The position numbers were made by a program, and so were the translations under genes. 64,000 nucleotides of DNA from Octopus bimaculoides (lineage: Eukaryota): NCBI RefSeq assembly GCF_001194135.2, contig NC_068985.1:76143066-76207065 (forward strand), read 5' to 3'. Positions within the stretch are counted from its first letter, which is position 1. Every line of letters begins with the position of its first letter. The notes under the pieces were generated by a model. The model was not told the DNA's origin. It searched no databases and saw nothing but the letters and a program-made list of their open reading frames with translations. Positions 1-11,954 of this stretch are shown here, in pieces.

Positions 1-384
1 TTTCCTCACCCTCTCTTACTATCCTATATATCTCTCTCTCCACCCCTACACACTCAATAAAACTATATAAAGAGACCCTCCGCAAAGTTTTCTCAAAACA
101 ATTTGAAAATCCTACATGACTAGGTGAAAAGCGCTTTATTTAATATGTGACATTAATAAAAATCTGTAAATGTACAAACATCCAGATTTCTGAGTACCTT
201 AATTTTTTTCTATATAATTTCTGTACATCACCTCCAAACCTTCAAATATATATATATATATATATATATATAGTATGCCCCTGTGAGCTTCTCCATGTTG
301 ATGACCTCTAATAGCTGAGTCACTATCAAAGCTAGAGGAGAAGTTTCAGATGTGGAAGCACGGTCGAGAATCGAAAGGCCATAG

Positions 385-1618
385 AATTAATCTAGCAAAG
401 CCAAAGCCTCAGTAAATAGGAAAGCAGATGAATCACAAGTCCCTTCAGGTAGATGGCCCTGCTTGATCGGTAGAAAAAACATAAGTAGAAACTCCATAAG
501 ATGTACCCAGTGTAAGCTATGAACACATAAGAAGTGCAGCAATATCAAAGGAAGGTTAACTGGGAAGTTAGATTTTGTGTGTGGCAAATGCTCAAGGACA
601 ATAAATATGTGCAGGAAACAGCTTCTGTCACATGCCAAGGGAAAAAAACTAGATGTAGTTGATAGCTTCCATTACCTAGGTGATCAAGTCAGTAGCAGTG
701 GTGGATGCTTTAAGAGTGTTGCTGCTAGCATAAGAATAGCCTGGGTAAAGTTCAGAGAGCTCCTACCTCTGCTGGTGACAAAGGGCCACTTGCTCAGAGT
801 AAAAGGTAGACTGTATGACACATTTGTGCGAACAGCCATGCTACATGGCAGTGAAACATGGGATATGACTGCTGAGGATATGCATAAGCTTGCAAGGAAT
901 GAAGCCAGTATGCTCTGCTGGATGTGTAATGTCAGTGTGCATACATGACAGTGTAAGCGACCTGAGAGAAAAAGTGGACTTATGAAGCATCAGATGTGGT
1001 GTTCAAGAGAGACGACTGCACTAGTATGGTCATGTGTTGTGAATGGATGAGGACAGCTGTGTGAAAAACTGTCACATCCTAGCAGTAGAGGAAACCTGTG
1101 GAAGAGGTAGACCCAGGAAGACCTGGAATGTTGGGCCTCACTGAGGCGATGACAAGTGACCAAAACTTTTGGAGATAAGCTGTGCTTGAGAAGACCTGGC
1201 AAGCCAAGTGAGACCATAACCATGGCCAATGCCAGTGCAGTATAACCAGCCCATTTAAGAGTACTCTTCAATCATTGGGCAATGAACTGCACTTGTGAAG
1301 ACCTGTTGAGTGAAGAGAAGTCATTGTCATGGCTGATGCCAGTGCTGCCTGATTGGTACCCGTGCTGGTGGCATGTAAAAAGCACCATTTGAGCATGGTC
1401 GATACTAGTACTGCCTGACTAGCCCTTGTACCGGTGGCACATAAAAAGCAGCCACTACACTCTCGGTGTGGTTGGTGTTAGGAAGGGCATCCAGCTGTAG
1501 AAACTTTGCCAGATCAGATTGAAGCCTGGTGCAGCTTTCTGGCTTGCCAGCCCTCAGTCGAACCGTCCAGCGCATGCCAGCATGGAAAGTGGACATTAAG
1601 CAACAACGATGATGATGA
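385..1618 (+). mobile_element. 5'-truncated RTE-clade LINE (RT C-terminal region with PHD-like finger, 3' UTR, (GAT)n tail)
   Basis: Degenerate frames read LDVVDSFHYLGDQVSSSGGC...LHGSETW...GTCGRGRPRKTW, then the family 3' UTR and GATGATGAT tail. Confidence 0.9.
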
Positions 1619-2797
1619 TATATATGAATGTATATATGTGTGTGTGTGTGTGTGTGTATAGTTTCTCTCTAACAAATTTCACATACAAAGTATGGCTCAA
1701 TCTGAGTACTTTGCCCAAGGCACCACACAGCGGGATTGAACTTGTAACTTATGTGGTTACAGAAAGAAACTCTTAACCACATAGACATGCTGATTAAGAA
1801 AAAGATCTGTGTTATTACATATTACTTTCAAGATGATGTTTAATGGATCAAGCCATCTGTAAACTAAAATTTGAATCATTTATGATGAGTCTGGTCACAA
1901 ATGCAGCACCTCTCGAAATGTAACTATATGCAATGCTGCAGTCTAATGACTGTAACAAATAAACAATAAAAGATAAAGGATAAAGAGATTGTAACTGGAA
2001 AGTCAACTCTTTTATTATTATTATATTTCCATTAAAATACATTACCTTTATTTAAATCAATACTGGAAATAACGAGAAAATGAAGAATTTGGTAAAATAA
2101 CTTCATTTTTATTAAGCTGATGTTTGGAAAATAAATTAACACAAAATTTTGATAACTTTAAAACAGAACAATTGTATTATGGAACCAAGGGCAGTTTCAG
2201 GATACTGGTACCAAAAGGGTTAAGGAACTAAATGACAGTCATCTAGGTTATAAGTTCAAACCTTCTAAGGCATGACCAGTTCAGGGATTGTGTGCTAGTC
2301 CCATGTAATTCAGGATAACCTTGAAAATATTGTTTGCAAGAAAAGGCAAAACAAATTACATGAGGTTATATTTATGTAAGAATGTATTCTGCTCAAGATA
2401 TGTTTTTGTTGTTGCCTAACTGTTGGTCAGCTCTCTTTGAGTAGACCTATAATGACAGGTGTTCCAGCCATATCCATCTTGTTTTTCGAGGTGTATTTAG
2501 GAGTTCGTTATCTAATGTGTCTTTCTCTTTGTTAAGATGCTATGGTATGATTTGAGCAGAATTTGGTTACTTTTTGAAGCAGGCTGAGTAACTGAGTAGA
2601 GACCTACTCATTGGTTCATTTGTTCAAGATATGTACCCAGTAGGCACTTCATGAAGCTTCAACAGTCTCTTGTATAAATCTTTAGAAAAGAAATGCCACC
2701 AGATTTGAGCTATTGACAGGCTGCAGTTGTTCAGCCACTGAACCAAATGCATATTGTGTCATTTTATAATATCACTTCACTTTGAACTTTATTTCAG

Positions 2798-2944
2798 AAT
2801 AAGATCCTCATAATATGTGAAAGGAATTCAGTGGTAGAGTTTGAAACACCAGAGGAAGCAGTGTTTGATACTGAACATACATACTTCCTCGGAGAGTTGA
2901 AACCAAGAATTTACACATTTAAAAGTATAAAATCAGTCATACTG
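2798..2944 (+). CDS. CFAP44: CFAP44 exon (1st in window), NKILIICERNSVVEFETPEE...YTFKSIKSVIL
   Basis: tttcAG acceptor, GTgagt donor, 147 nt open frame, phase 0-0; resembles the vertebrate CFAP44 segment LLIICENG...FSSVKSKIL (from memory). Confidence 0.88.
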
Positions 2945-3374
2945 GTGAGTGATGAATTTAATTGAACTATAACAGCAAATGACATTATGATTATTCAAAC
3001 CAATAAAATATTCAATAAAAAGATTAGATGTCATATACAAACAGAAGAGCTTATGCTTCAAATAGCAGGACTGTTTCTGGATCTTGCCTTGGGTTATTAG
3101 TAAAGCCAGCAGTGCAAGATTTGGCACTTATAATGAAAGCATGAGCTCTGCAAACCACATTGCATACTACACATTTAGGATGACAGTAACTCTAAATAAA
3201 GACTGTTACTGATACAGATCTGAAGGGAACCTTTAGTGTTGATGTACAGAGTACTTGGGCTAAATTTGAAAGTTCGCATTAAAGGAAAAGAAAACACAAT
3301 ATCCCATCCAAAATTTAAATTATTTTAAAAAATCAAAAAATAACAATTAAATTATGGCTGGGAGGTAACAGTTT

Positions 3375-3815
3375 CTCAAAGTAGATGCCCTCAGCTTCCA
3401 TGATGGCCTCAAGATAGTTCTAAAAACTAGTGCATATTTTCTTCACTGTGTCTCTGGGAAGATTATAAAATACCTCTTTGATCTTGGCCACCAGCTTGGC
3501 CTTAGTTTCGTTAGCAGAGTGGTTGGTGTCTTTCTCAACTGCACTCCACACATAAATAATCCATGAGATTACAATCAGGGGATTAGCATTTTAGAAATTA
3601 TGGCTGGCGAAGTAGAAATTCTCTGATAACTACTTCTGCCTATTTCTAGAGGTATGGCAAGGAGCTGAATTTTGTTGCTACACACTTGGCCTTCCAGTAG
3701 CAATCCTTTCCAGACAAGATTGACCACAATCTTTGGCAGCTTCTCATATTTGATCAAATTGAGCCTAAGGCCCTGTTCAAAGATATAGGCATGAATTCCA
3801 GTGTGCAGACATAGT
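3375..3815 (-). mobile_element. Tc1/mariner-superfamily transposase C-terminal remnant
   Basis: Minus strand reads SPDCNLMDY/(frameshift)YVWSAVEKDTN...LEAIMEAEGIYFE. Confidence 0.75.
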
Positions 3816-4403
3816 TAGAACACCTGCTTTATCCCTTACTGCTGGTCACAGCTTCATAGTCTCACTTACAGTTGACCATGTTATGTCTAACAGCCTATAC
3901 AGTGTTCACAGAGCAAGAGCAGCACTCATGATGCTGGCATTTTGATAGCCAGCACATATCATCATGATACAAGTAACTCATTTCTAATATTTAGATGGCT
4001 TCCAATCTTCTATGTCAGCTAACATTTTCTCAACTACAACTTTAATCTTTATGTTACTAAAGGCTGTTGACTTTTCATCAATACATCAAGGTGTTTCTAA
4101 AAAAAAAAAAGAAAAGAAGACATAAAAATTTTAAAATTTACTCCAAACACCTTGTAGATACTGACTCTATTGCTAGCGATGTAATAAAATGAATATTTTC
4201 CATGCTGGATGGCAGTCACATCAAGGCCAGTTTTCCTATTGTTGTGTGTGCCTGATGATGACACCTGTTCAAACCATACAAGCAAGAAAAGTTAATGTAT
4301 GGTGATGACAGTGATGATAAATATGATGATGATGCGAGGCATGTTTTGACTACTAATTCTAGCATACTTCTAATTATGGAATATCATACCATAGCATCTT
4401 AAC

Positions 4404-4867
4404 GGCGATCTTTCGATACTAGTCCGTTACAACTTCCGGTCGTTGCACACACGCATACTGATTACATGATCGTATAGTGTGTTTATGTGTTTAAAGTTTC
4501 AGTTCAGATGGCACCTTACTCACTCGCACCTTGGCCACACGTTTGCCACAGTATGAGGGCAAGAGCACCCATTCCTCTGTCCTTATTGCCTCTGTGGAGT
4601 GCTTTATTGCTTCCTCCTCAGTTGTGAAGCACACCTCCACAGTGGCGTATCTCCTCCCTATACTGATTACATGATCGTATAGTGTGTTTATGTGTTTAAA
4701 GTTTGAGAACTGTATGCATCTGAGGGGGAGAAGGTTTGAGTTTCTATTTAATGTTGTCTTTTCATATTTTCAAGTCATTGAAAAACAAACGCACCATACG
4801 ATCATGTAATCAGTATGCGTGCACGCAACGACTGGAAGTTGTAATGGACTAGTATTGAAAGATCGCC
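4404..4867. mobile_element. MULE/Mutator-type MITE with ~77-bp TIRs and 9-bp TSD (CATCTTAAC)
   Basis: TIRs 4404-4480 and 4791-4867 (GGCGATCTTTC...GAAAGATCGCC); identical 9-mer at 4395-4403 and 4868-4876. Superfamily assignment from TSD length and long TIRs is inference. Confidence 0.8.
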
Positions 4868-5349
4868 CATCTTAACAAAGAGACAGACACATTAGATAAT
4901 GAAGTCCTAAATACACCTCAGAAGACAAGGTGGATATGGCTGGAACATCTCTCATTCTAAATCTACTCAAGGAGAGTTGACCTACAGTTAAACAACAACA
5001 AAAACACATCTTGAGCAGAATATATTCTTATAAAAATGTGATTGCTCTTTCACCTCATGTACTTTGTTTTGCCATTTCTTGCAAACAATATTTTCAGGGT
5101 TATCCTGGATTAGATGGAACTACAAAATTTTTGGATGGGATATTGAGTTTCCTTTCCCTTTTATGCAAACTTTCAAATTTAACCCAATTACCCTGTACAC
5201 CAGGGCTAAAGATCTGTATCATTTCTTATTTGGACTTGCTGCCATCCTAAGTGGGTAGTTTGTTCTATTTTCATATTGCATTTTTCACATTGCCTTTTCA
5301 ATTACTGTGGTAATGAAGGAAGCCTCATTTAATATTTAGAAGCTTTTAG

Positions 5350-5545
5350 GCTGATGAGCTGGCAGAATCATTAACATACCAGGCAAAATGCTTAGTAGCA
5401 CTTTATCTGTCTTTACGTTCTGAGTTCAAATTCCATTGAAGCTGACTTTACCTTTCATCCTTTCGAGGTTGAGAAAGTATGTACCAGTTGAGCACTGGAG
5501 TTGATGTAATAGACTTAACCCCTCCCTGAACTTGCTGGCCTTAGT
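5350..5545 (+). mobile_element. tRNA-derived SINE with Deu/Nin-like core (other copies ~24385-24590 +, ~28415-28590 +, three at ~32430-33085 +, ~43255-43460 -)
   Basis: A-box-like TGGCAGAATC, B-box GAGTTCAAATTCC, core CCTTTCATCCTTTCGAGGT...AAGTACCAGTTGAGCACTGG recurring across the window. Confidence 0.7.
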
Positions 5546-5791
5546 ATTTACAAGCTCTACGTTGACTTCATTTAAAATTGCTTGTTACTTAGGGAGAAAA
5601 CCAAAACAATGGACTTCAAAGATCTCTTATATATAAGACATCTACATATTCCAGCTAATGCAGACCCCTACAAATACACATATACACACACACACACACA
5701 AGTAATTATGTAGAGAGAGAGAGTGACATAGATGATAGACAGTTTGGTAGATAAATAGACAGGCAGACATACAGACATGTATGCATATGTT

Positions 5792-6427
5792 CATCATCAT
5801 CATCATTTAACAGCCACTTTCCACACTGACATGGGTTAGACGATTTGATTGATAACTGGTGCAGAGAGCTGCACCAGGTTCCAGTCTGATTTGGCTTGGT
5901 TTCTATGGCTAGATACCCTTCCTAACACCAACTACTCCAAGAGTGTATTGGGTGCTTTTCCCATGCCACTGACATGGGTGCCGTTTATATGGCACTGGCA
6001 GGGGCCACAACTATGATTTCACTTGGCTTGTCATACCACATGAGGCTTGTAAATAAGTATCACTGTCATACAAACAGCATTATCCATTTCCACTTTCCCT
6101 TAAAAATGTGTCAGGCCATTAGAAAAAATGAAAACAGATGAGGCTTGATGACAACAAATGCAGCCAGTGATTGAAAAATCCTCCTCAATGAATTCTATTT
6201 GGTCCATGCATGCTTGGAAAAGTTGGCATTAAGTAGATGATGATGGAAATGGTAAAGAAGCACCCAGCACACACTGCTAAGTGGTTGGTGTTAGGAAAAG
6301 CATCCGGCTGTAGAAACCATGCCGCAACAGACAGTTGGAGACTGGACATCTTCCTGCTAACCAGCTCCATGTTAAATCGTCCAACCCATGCCAGCATGGA
6401 ATGTGGATGTTAAACAATGATGATGAT
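5792..6427. mobile_element. Short RTE 3'-end copies (one minus ~5792-6030, plus copies ~6195-6427)
   Basis: (CAT)n/(GAT)n tails joined to the CCAACCCATGCCAGCATGGAA...GTTAAA terminus. Confidence 0.75.
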
Positions 6428-6964
6428 GTGTGTGTGTGTTTGTGTGCATTTGTGTATGTGTATGTGTGCATGCACATGCACATACATATATATGTATGTA
6501 TGTAAATATGTATGCATGTATAAGCCTTGCAAATCTCTCACTCTGACTGTATACCTTTATTTTACCTCTCTGATACTATGAATTCCTGTGCTTTCTGCTA
6601 CTTAACCAGATTAGATTCTGCTAATTCATCATCTAATAATCTACAGATAATTTGAAATAATTTCAGTCAGTATATATATTCTTTTATTCTTTTATTTGTT
6701 TCAGTCGTTTGACTGCAGCCATGCTGGAGCACCAACTATATGTGTGTGCGTGTGTATACACACACAATTAATGTGAGTTTGGAGGGATATATAATCTGGG
6801 TGGATGCCATAGTGGTTCTCAGTTATGTTCCAGGTTATGGCTAACTGCATTGATTAGTATCTAATGTTCATGACTACTATGAGTTGTCACTCGTGCTGTA
6901 AATTCCTCCGATGGGTAATTCTGTGCTCCCTTCTCTAGATGGTAATATTATCTGGAGTGTATAT

Positions 6965-7250
6965 TAGCAATGATTATAACAATATAGAATATGGAGATTT
7001 GTTCATTCTCAAAATTTATTTCCTTTATTTTGCAATTTCATACAACATATTTTATGGCTATTACAACCTACATGTTTTCCATACACAGAGTACAGGCAGT
7101 TGCATCAAAACTATCAAATGGACATATCCCGAATGAAGCTGCACAGAAAATTAAGCCATAAAAATGTGCTGTATGAAATTATAAAATAAGAGGAAATAGA
7201 TCTTGAGTATGAACAAGTCTCCTTATTCTATATCACTATAATTATTGCTA
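6965..7250. repeat. Fold-back element with ~95-bp diverged inverted arms
   Basis: 6965-7059 is the approximate reverse complement of 7154-7250. Confidence 0.8.
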
Positions 7251-7265
7251 CTCTCTCTCTCTCTG

Positions 7266-7314
<49 letters not shown>

Positions 7315-7366
7315 TAGATCGCTGACCACGACATTGAAATTTTTTTTCTCCTTGTTTTCTCCTTAT

Positions 7367-7403
7367 TCTTTCTGTTGAAGAGCGTAGCTCGAAACGTTAA
7401 AGA
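7367..7403 (+). ncRNA. Minimal hammerhead-ribozyme-like motif (variant core CUGUUGA) in a Penelope-type short repeat
   Basis: TCTTT-CTGTTGA-A-GAGC-GTA-GCTC-GAA-ACGT-T-AAAGA: helix I and II pair, helix III is the palindrome ACGT; A6 position mutated. Confidence 0.5.
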
Positions 7404-7579
7404 CTTTCCCTATTCCTGAGCATTAAACTAATACATCCTTTTGTTGNNNNNNNNNNTATATATATATATATATATTATGGACTTCTTTCAGCCTCTGTCC
7501 ACCAAACCTACACACAATATAGAAACATTTCTCAAGGCCTCTACCATTTCCTAATTAGAAATCTTTGTTGTTTTGGCAG

Positions 7580-7700
7580 CATGAAGAAGAGTTGGAAGTT
7601 CAAAGGAAGTTAGAAGAAGAGCGTCTCAAACAGGAAGAAGAGGAACATCAGAGACGGAGAGAGCTTGGCGAGGAATCTGATTCAGAACCTGAAGAAACTG
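7580..7700 (+). CDS. CFAP44: CFAP44 exon 2, Glu-rich HEEELEVQRKLEEERLKQEEEE...EPEET
   Basis: cAG/GTatga, 121 nt, phase 0-1; acidic coiled-coil insert typical of CFAP44. Confidence 0.9.
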
Positions 7701-8599
7701 GTATGACTCTTTATTGGCTCTATTTTGGGGGAAAAAAACAAAATTGTTCCAACAGTTTCACAGAGTAAAAGACAGTGGTTTGAAATATCAGAACATGTTT
7801 TTTGAGGTTACATTTTTGTTTAGTTATTTATTTATTTATTCAATGAAAGGCCATGCTCCAAAATGTTAGAACTTCAGTCTCTTTATCAGCAATTTTGCTT
7901 TCACAACATCAATAATTTCTCTGGAATTAATGCTCTTTTTCTCATATTTACTTACAAATATCTTTTGTAGGGAAGAATGTTTTGTAAACTAAACTGATAC
8001 TGATATATTTTTCACATTTATTCTAATAAATTAATTGTTGATCAAAGCATATGATTAATCAATTAGTTAATTCATTAGAGTCCTTTCATCACAGTTTGTG
8101 ACATTATCAATAAAGCACCTTCATCTGCTGTGCTTTCGTAACAGAAGAAAACCAAATGAGAGCATGGTATCAATAAGGCCACAAACTGCAATGAAAGAAC
8201 TCTGACAAACCAACTGATTGATTGATCAAACAACTGATTAGTTAATTAGTTAACTAGTTGACTGATAATAATAATTACTAACATAAGCACAAAGCTGCAA
8301 ATTTACAAGGAGGGTGTTATTAAATTGATTGATTTTTCGACTAGCTTTTCAACTGGTATTTATTTTATCAACTGTAAAAGGGTGAAAAACAATGTCAACC
8401 TCAGTAGGATCTGAACTCAGAATGTAATGTGCTATGACCAAATACAACAAAACATTTTGTTTGATGCTCTACTGATTCTACCATAAGGGAAATGTGAATA
8501 GTATGTATGTTTTTATTGGTAAACAACCCTCATTAACTACAACAATAACTTCATATGTACCAAGCTGAGTCTAAAGTTTTTTCATATCTCAAGCTTTAT

Positions 8600-9110
8600 T
8601 TAATAGTTCAAACTGATTACATACAAAAAGTGTTTATTCATCAAAATATATCCCATCATACTCTATTCTCTTTTGCCATCATTGTGCCAGAAGCTCGATT
8701 CCATGCTTATACCATTTAGCTGATTTAGATGCAAGACACTTCCTGTACTCATTTTCAATCTCATCCACTTGTTGAACCCTAGTGTTGAGCCTCCATGCAG
8801 TCAATGGTCTATGGCTCTGAAAAGGTGCTAATTTGATGGTGTAAGGTCTGGACTGTAGGCAGAGTGAGGCAGCACTTTCAATCCCTCAAGTCCTTCAAGT
8901 TTGCACCTGGTCTCATTGGAAATGTGTTGGGGGCATAGTCTTGCTGTAAGAGTGTGTGTGTCTTTAACAGACCAATGCCATGTAGCAGGCTTTCAAAGCA
9001 TCATATACTTGCTGCAGATGTTGGGCATAAAAGCTAGTGTTCATAGCATGATCATCTGGGACAAGTTCAAAATTCCACCAAACACACAGCATTCCCTTTT
9101 GTTCAAACCA
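8600..9110 (-). mobile_element. mariner transposase remnant
   Basis: Minus strand reads ...NFELVPDDHAMN...KVLPHSAYSPDLTPSN*HLF. Confidence 0.7.
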
Positions 9111-9706
9111 CCCTTGTTTAACAGATTCTAAAACCCGGGTGAAACAAAATCACTGATTTCTCTTATTAAAATTATGAAAATAGATCCATTTTACATCTCT
9201 AGTTACAATTTGATGCCAAAAATGGGCATCTTAAGGATTTACCAGCAGCTGTTTGTTAATGTTCACATGTCATTGAGAAATAACACATCTTATGAAAAAT
9301 TAAAAAATATGCTAATCAAAATCATCAACATCCTCATCATCGCGATATCATGCCCACTTTTTCATGTTGGTATGAATTGAACACGTTTTCTGAGGCAGAG
9401 TTTTATGGCCAGATAATCTTCCTGTGACTGTCTTTTGGTTTCCTCTTATGATACATAAGAATACAATGTATCTATTTTAAAACTGGAGATCATACATGAC
9501 AAACTAAACCAATCACTACATGGTATCATCATCATTTTTACATTCACTTTTACATGCTTGCATGGGTCAGATAGAATTCCTGAGGCAGATTTTCTAACCC
9601 TGGACGTTCTTCCTGTTACCATTCTCACTTGTTGTGATGGCAGTCTCTTACTGCTATCCCATGATATCAAGACAAGGAGGAATACACACATGCACACAAG
9701 CAAGTG

Positions 9707-9746
<40 letters not shown>

Positions 9747-10227
9747 GTTTCTTTTATTTTCTGTCAATCAAATGCATTCACAAAGTTTTGGTCAGCCTGG
9801 CTCAAATGTGCCTCACAGTGGGACTGAACCGGAAACTATATGGTTGGGAAGCAATCTTCTTAACCACATAGCCATGGTTATGCTCACATTCTAAGCACTG
9901 TATTTGCTAACATATAAGATGCACTTTTTTTACCATAACAATGTCTCAAAAAAAGTCATCCCAGGTCTTATATGCAAAGTTGAGTTTCCTATAAGCTTTT
10001 AACGCACTAAAAGCTTTTCTCCTAAATATGCACTGCTGAACTTAGGGTGTGGCTTTTATGCTGTCAAATATGGTATACACTCTAATGATAATGGTAATAG
10101 TCTAGAAACATTATGATCTCATCAATGTTAAACAGATTTAAAATATGTATATGAAGTTTATTTTTATTTTCCTACCTCTTCCATTGCCTTGTATGATTGT
10201 CTTGTCTTTGCCTGTTCTTTTATTTAG

Positions 10228-10352
10228 AAGAAAAAGAAGAATCTAAAGAAGAGGTAGTAGAAGATACCTGGGAACCGTACATCCCTGAAATCCCTAGTCC
10301 CATCTTATGTGGCATGTATTCTTCAGATGGGAGATCTTTCTGGTTGACATTG
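10228..10352 (+). CDS. CFAP44: CFAP44 exon 3, EEKEESKEEVVEDTWEPYIPEIPSPILCGMYSSDGRSFWLTL
   Basis: tttAG/GTaagt, 125 nt, phase 1-0; PSPILCGxY...FW motif of CFAP44. Confidence 0.95.
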
Positions 10353-10828
10353 GTAAGTTCAAAACAATACATGATACCATCATTATTGCTTTAAAGTTAG
10401 CTATTTTTGTTTTATTCTCATGTTGGCACAGGCTGGATTTATAAATAGTAACCAGATTCCAATGCTGGAAGTTCAAGAACCAAATGAAGAGCAAATTTTC
10501 AATCTTGGGATTATCCTGATTCCAAAAAGGTATAATATGTCTATGCTGAGGAAACGTAAATTGAGATACAGGTGTCCTGGACGGACAGACAGAATTTTGT
10601 GTTTATTATTATAGATGTGTATGCATGTATGCATATGTATGAATAAGTAGCTTCCCAATCACGTGGTCCTTGATTCAGTCCCACTGAGTGGCACCTTGGG
10701 CAAGCATCTTCTACTATAGCCCTGAGCTGAACAAAGCTTTGAGAGTGGATCTGGTAACTGGAATCTGAAAGAAACCCATCTAATATTTATATCTATGCAT
10801 GCATGTGTGAATGTGTGTGTGTGTGTGT

Positions 10829-10873
<45 letters not shown>

Positions 10874-10907
10874 TGCATGTGTACATACATATACATAATT
10901 GCATAAA

Positions 10908-10944
<37 letters not shown>

Positions 10945-10945
<1 letters not shown>

Positions 10946-11649
10946 ATCATCATCATCATCATCTTTAATGTCCACTTTCTATGTTAGCATGGGTTGGACG
11001 ATTTGACTGAGGACTGGTGAACCAGATGGCTATACCAGGCTCCAATCTGATTTGGCAGAGTTTCTACAGCTGGATGCCCTTCCTAACGCCAACCACTCCA
11101 AGAGTGTAGTGGGTGCTTTTACGTGCCATCGGCACGAAGGCCAATCAGGCGGTAATGGCAACGGCCACGCTCAAAATGGTGTATTTTACATGCCACCTGC
11201 ACAGGAGCCAGTACAGCAGCACTGGCAACGATCTCACTCAAATGCCTTTTCACATGCCACTGGCACAAGTGCCACGAAGGCGATGCTGGTAACGATCACG
11301 CTCTAATGGAGCTATTTACATGCCACCAGCACGGAAGACAGACAGCTGCTCTGGCAACGATCACGCTCGAACGGTGCTCTTAGCCTCCACTGGTACAGGT
11401 GCCATCACGATTTTGCTTTCACTTGCCCCAACAGGTCTTCGCAAGGTAGGAAAGGTACACAGAAGTGGGCTGGCTACATCCCTGGCAGAAGCCTTGGATT
11501 TTGGTCTCACTTGACTTGCCAGGTCTTGTCACACACAGCATATTTCCAAAGGTCTCGGTCAGAAGTCATTGCCTCGGTGAGGCCTAATGTTCGGAGGTCG
11601 TGCTTCACCCAGGTCTTCCTGGGCCTGCATCTTTCACAGGTTCCCTCAA
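10945..11649 (-). mobile_element. RTE LINE 3' portion with internal tandem array
   Basis: (CAT)n tail, family 3' UTR, several ~60-65-bp repeat units, end of ORF (GRPRKTW-like) next to gap. Confidence 0.85.
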
Positions 11650-11910
11650 TTATATATATATATATATATNNNNNNNNNNNNNNNNNNNNNNNNNNNNNNN
11701 NNNNNNNNNNNNNNNNNNNNNNNNNNNNNNNNNNNNNNNNNNNNNNNNNNNNNNNNNNNNNNNNNNNNNNNNNNNNNNNNNNNNNNNNNNNNNNNNNNNN
11801 NNNNNNNNNNNNNNNNNNNNNNNNNNNNNNNNNNNNNNNNNNNNNNNNNNNNNNNNNNNNNNNNNNNNNNNNNNNNNNNNNNNNNNNNNNNNNNNNNNNN
11901 NNNNNNNNNN

Positions 11911-11947
<37 letters not shown>

Positions 11948-11954
11948 GATGAAG

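Noticed and set aside
5011-5258. ORFs after a tttcAG that could be a CFAP44 exon
   Set aside because: No similarity to CFAP44, and exons 1 and 2 already join in phase 0
5351-5375. CTGATGAG at the start of a repeat as a hammerhead core
   Set aside because: It is the mutated 5' end of a SINE head; no helix II/GAAA/helix I pairing
8059-8221. Weak ~55-bp inverted repeat
   Set aside because: Heavily diverged, AT-rich, no TSD or motif; probably an old MITE of little interest
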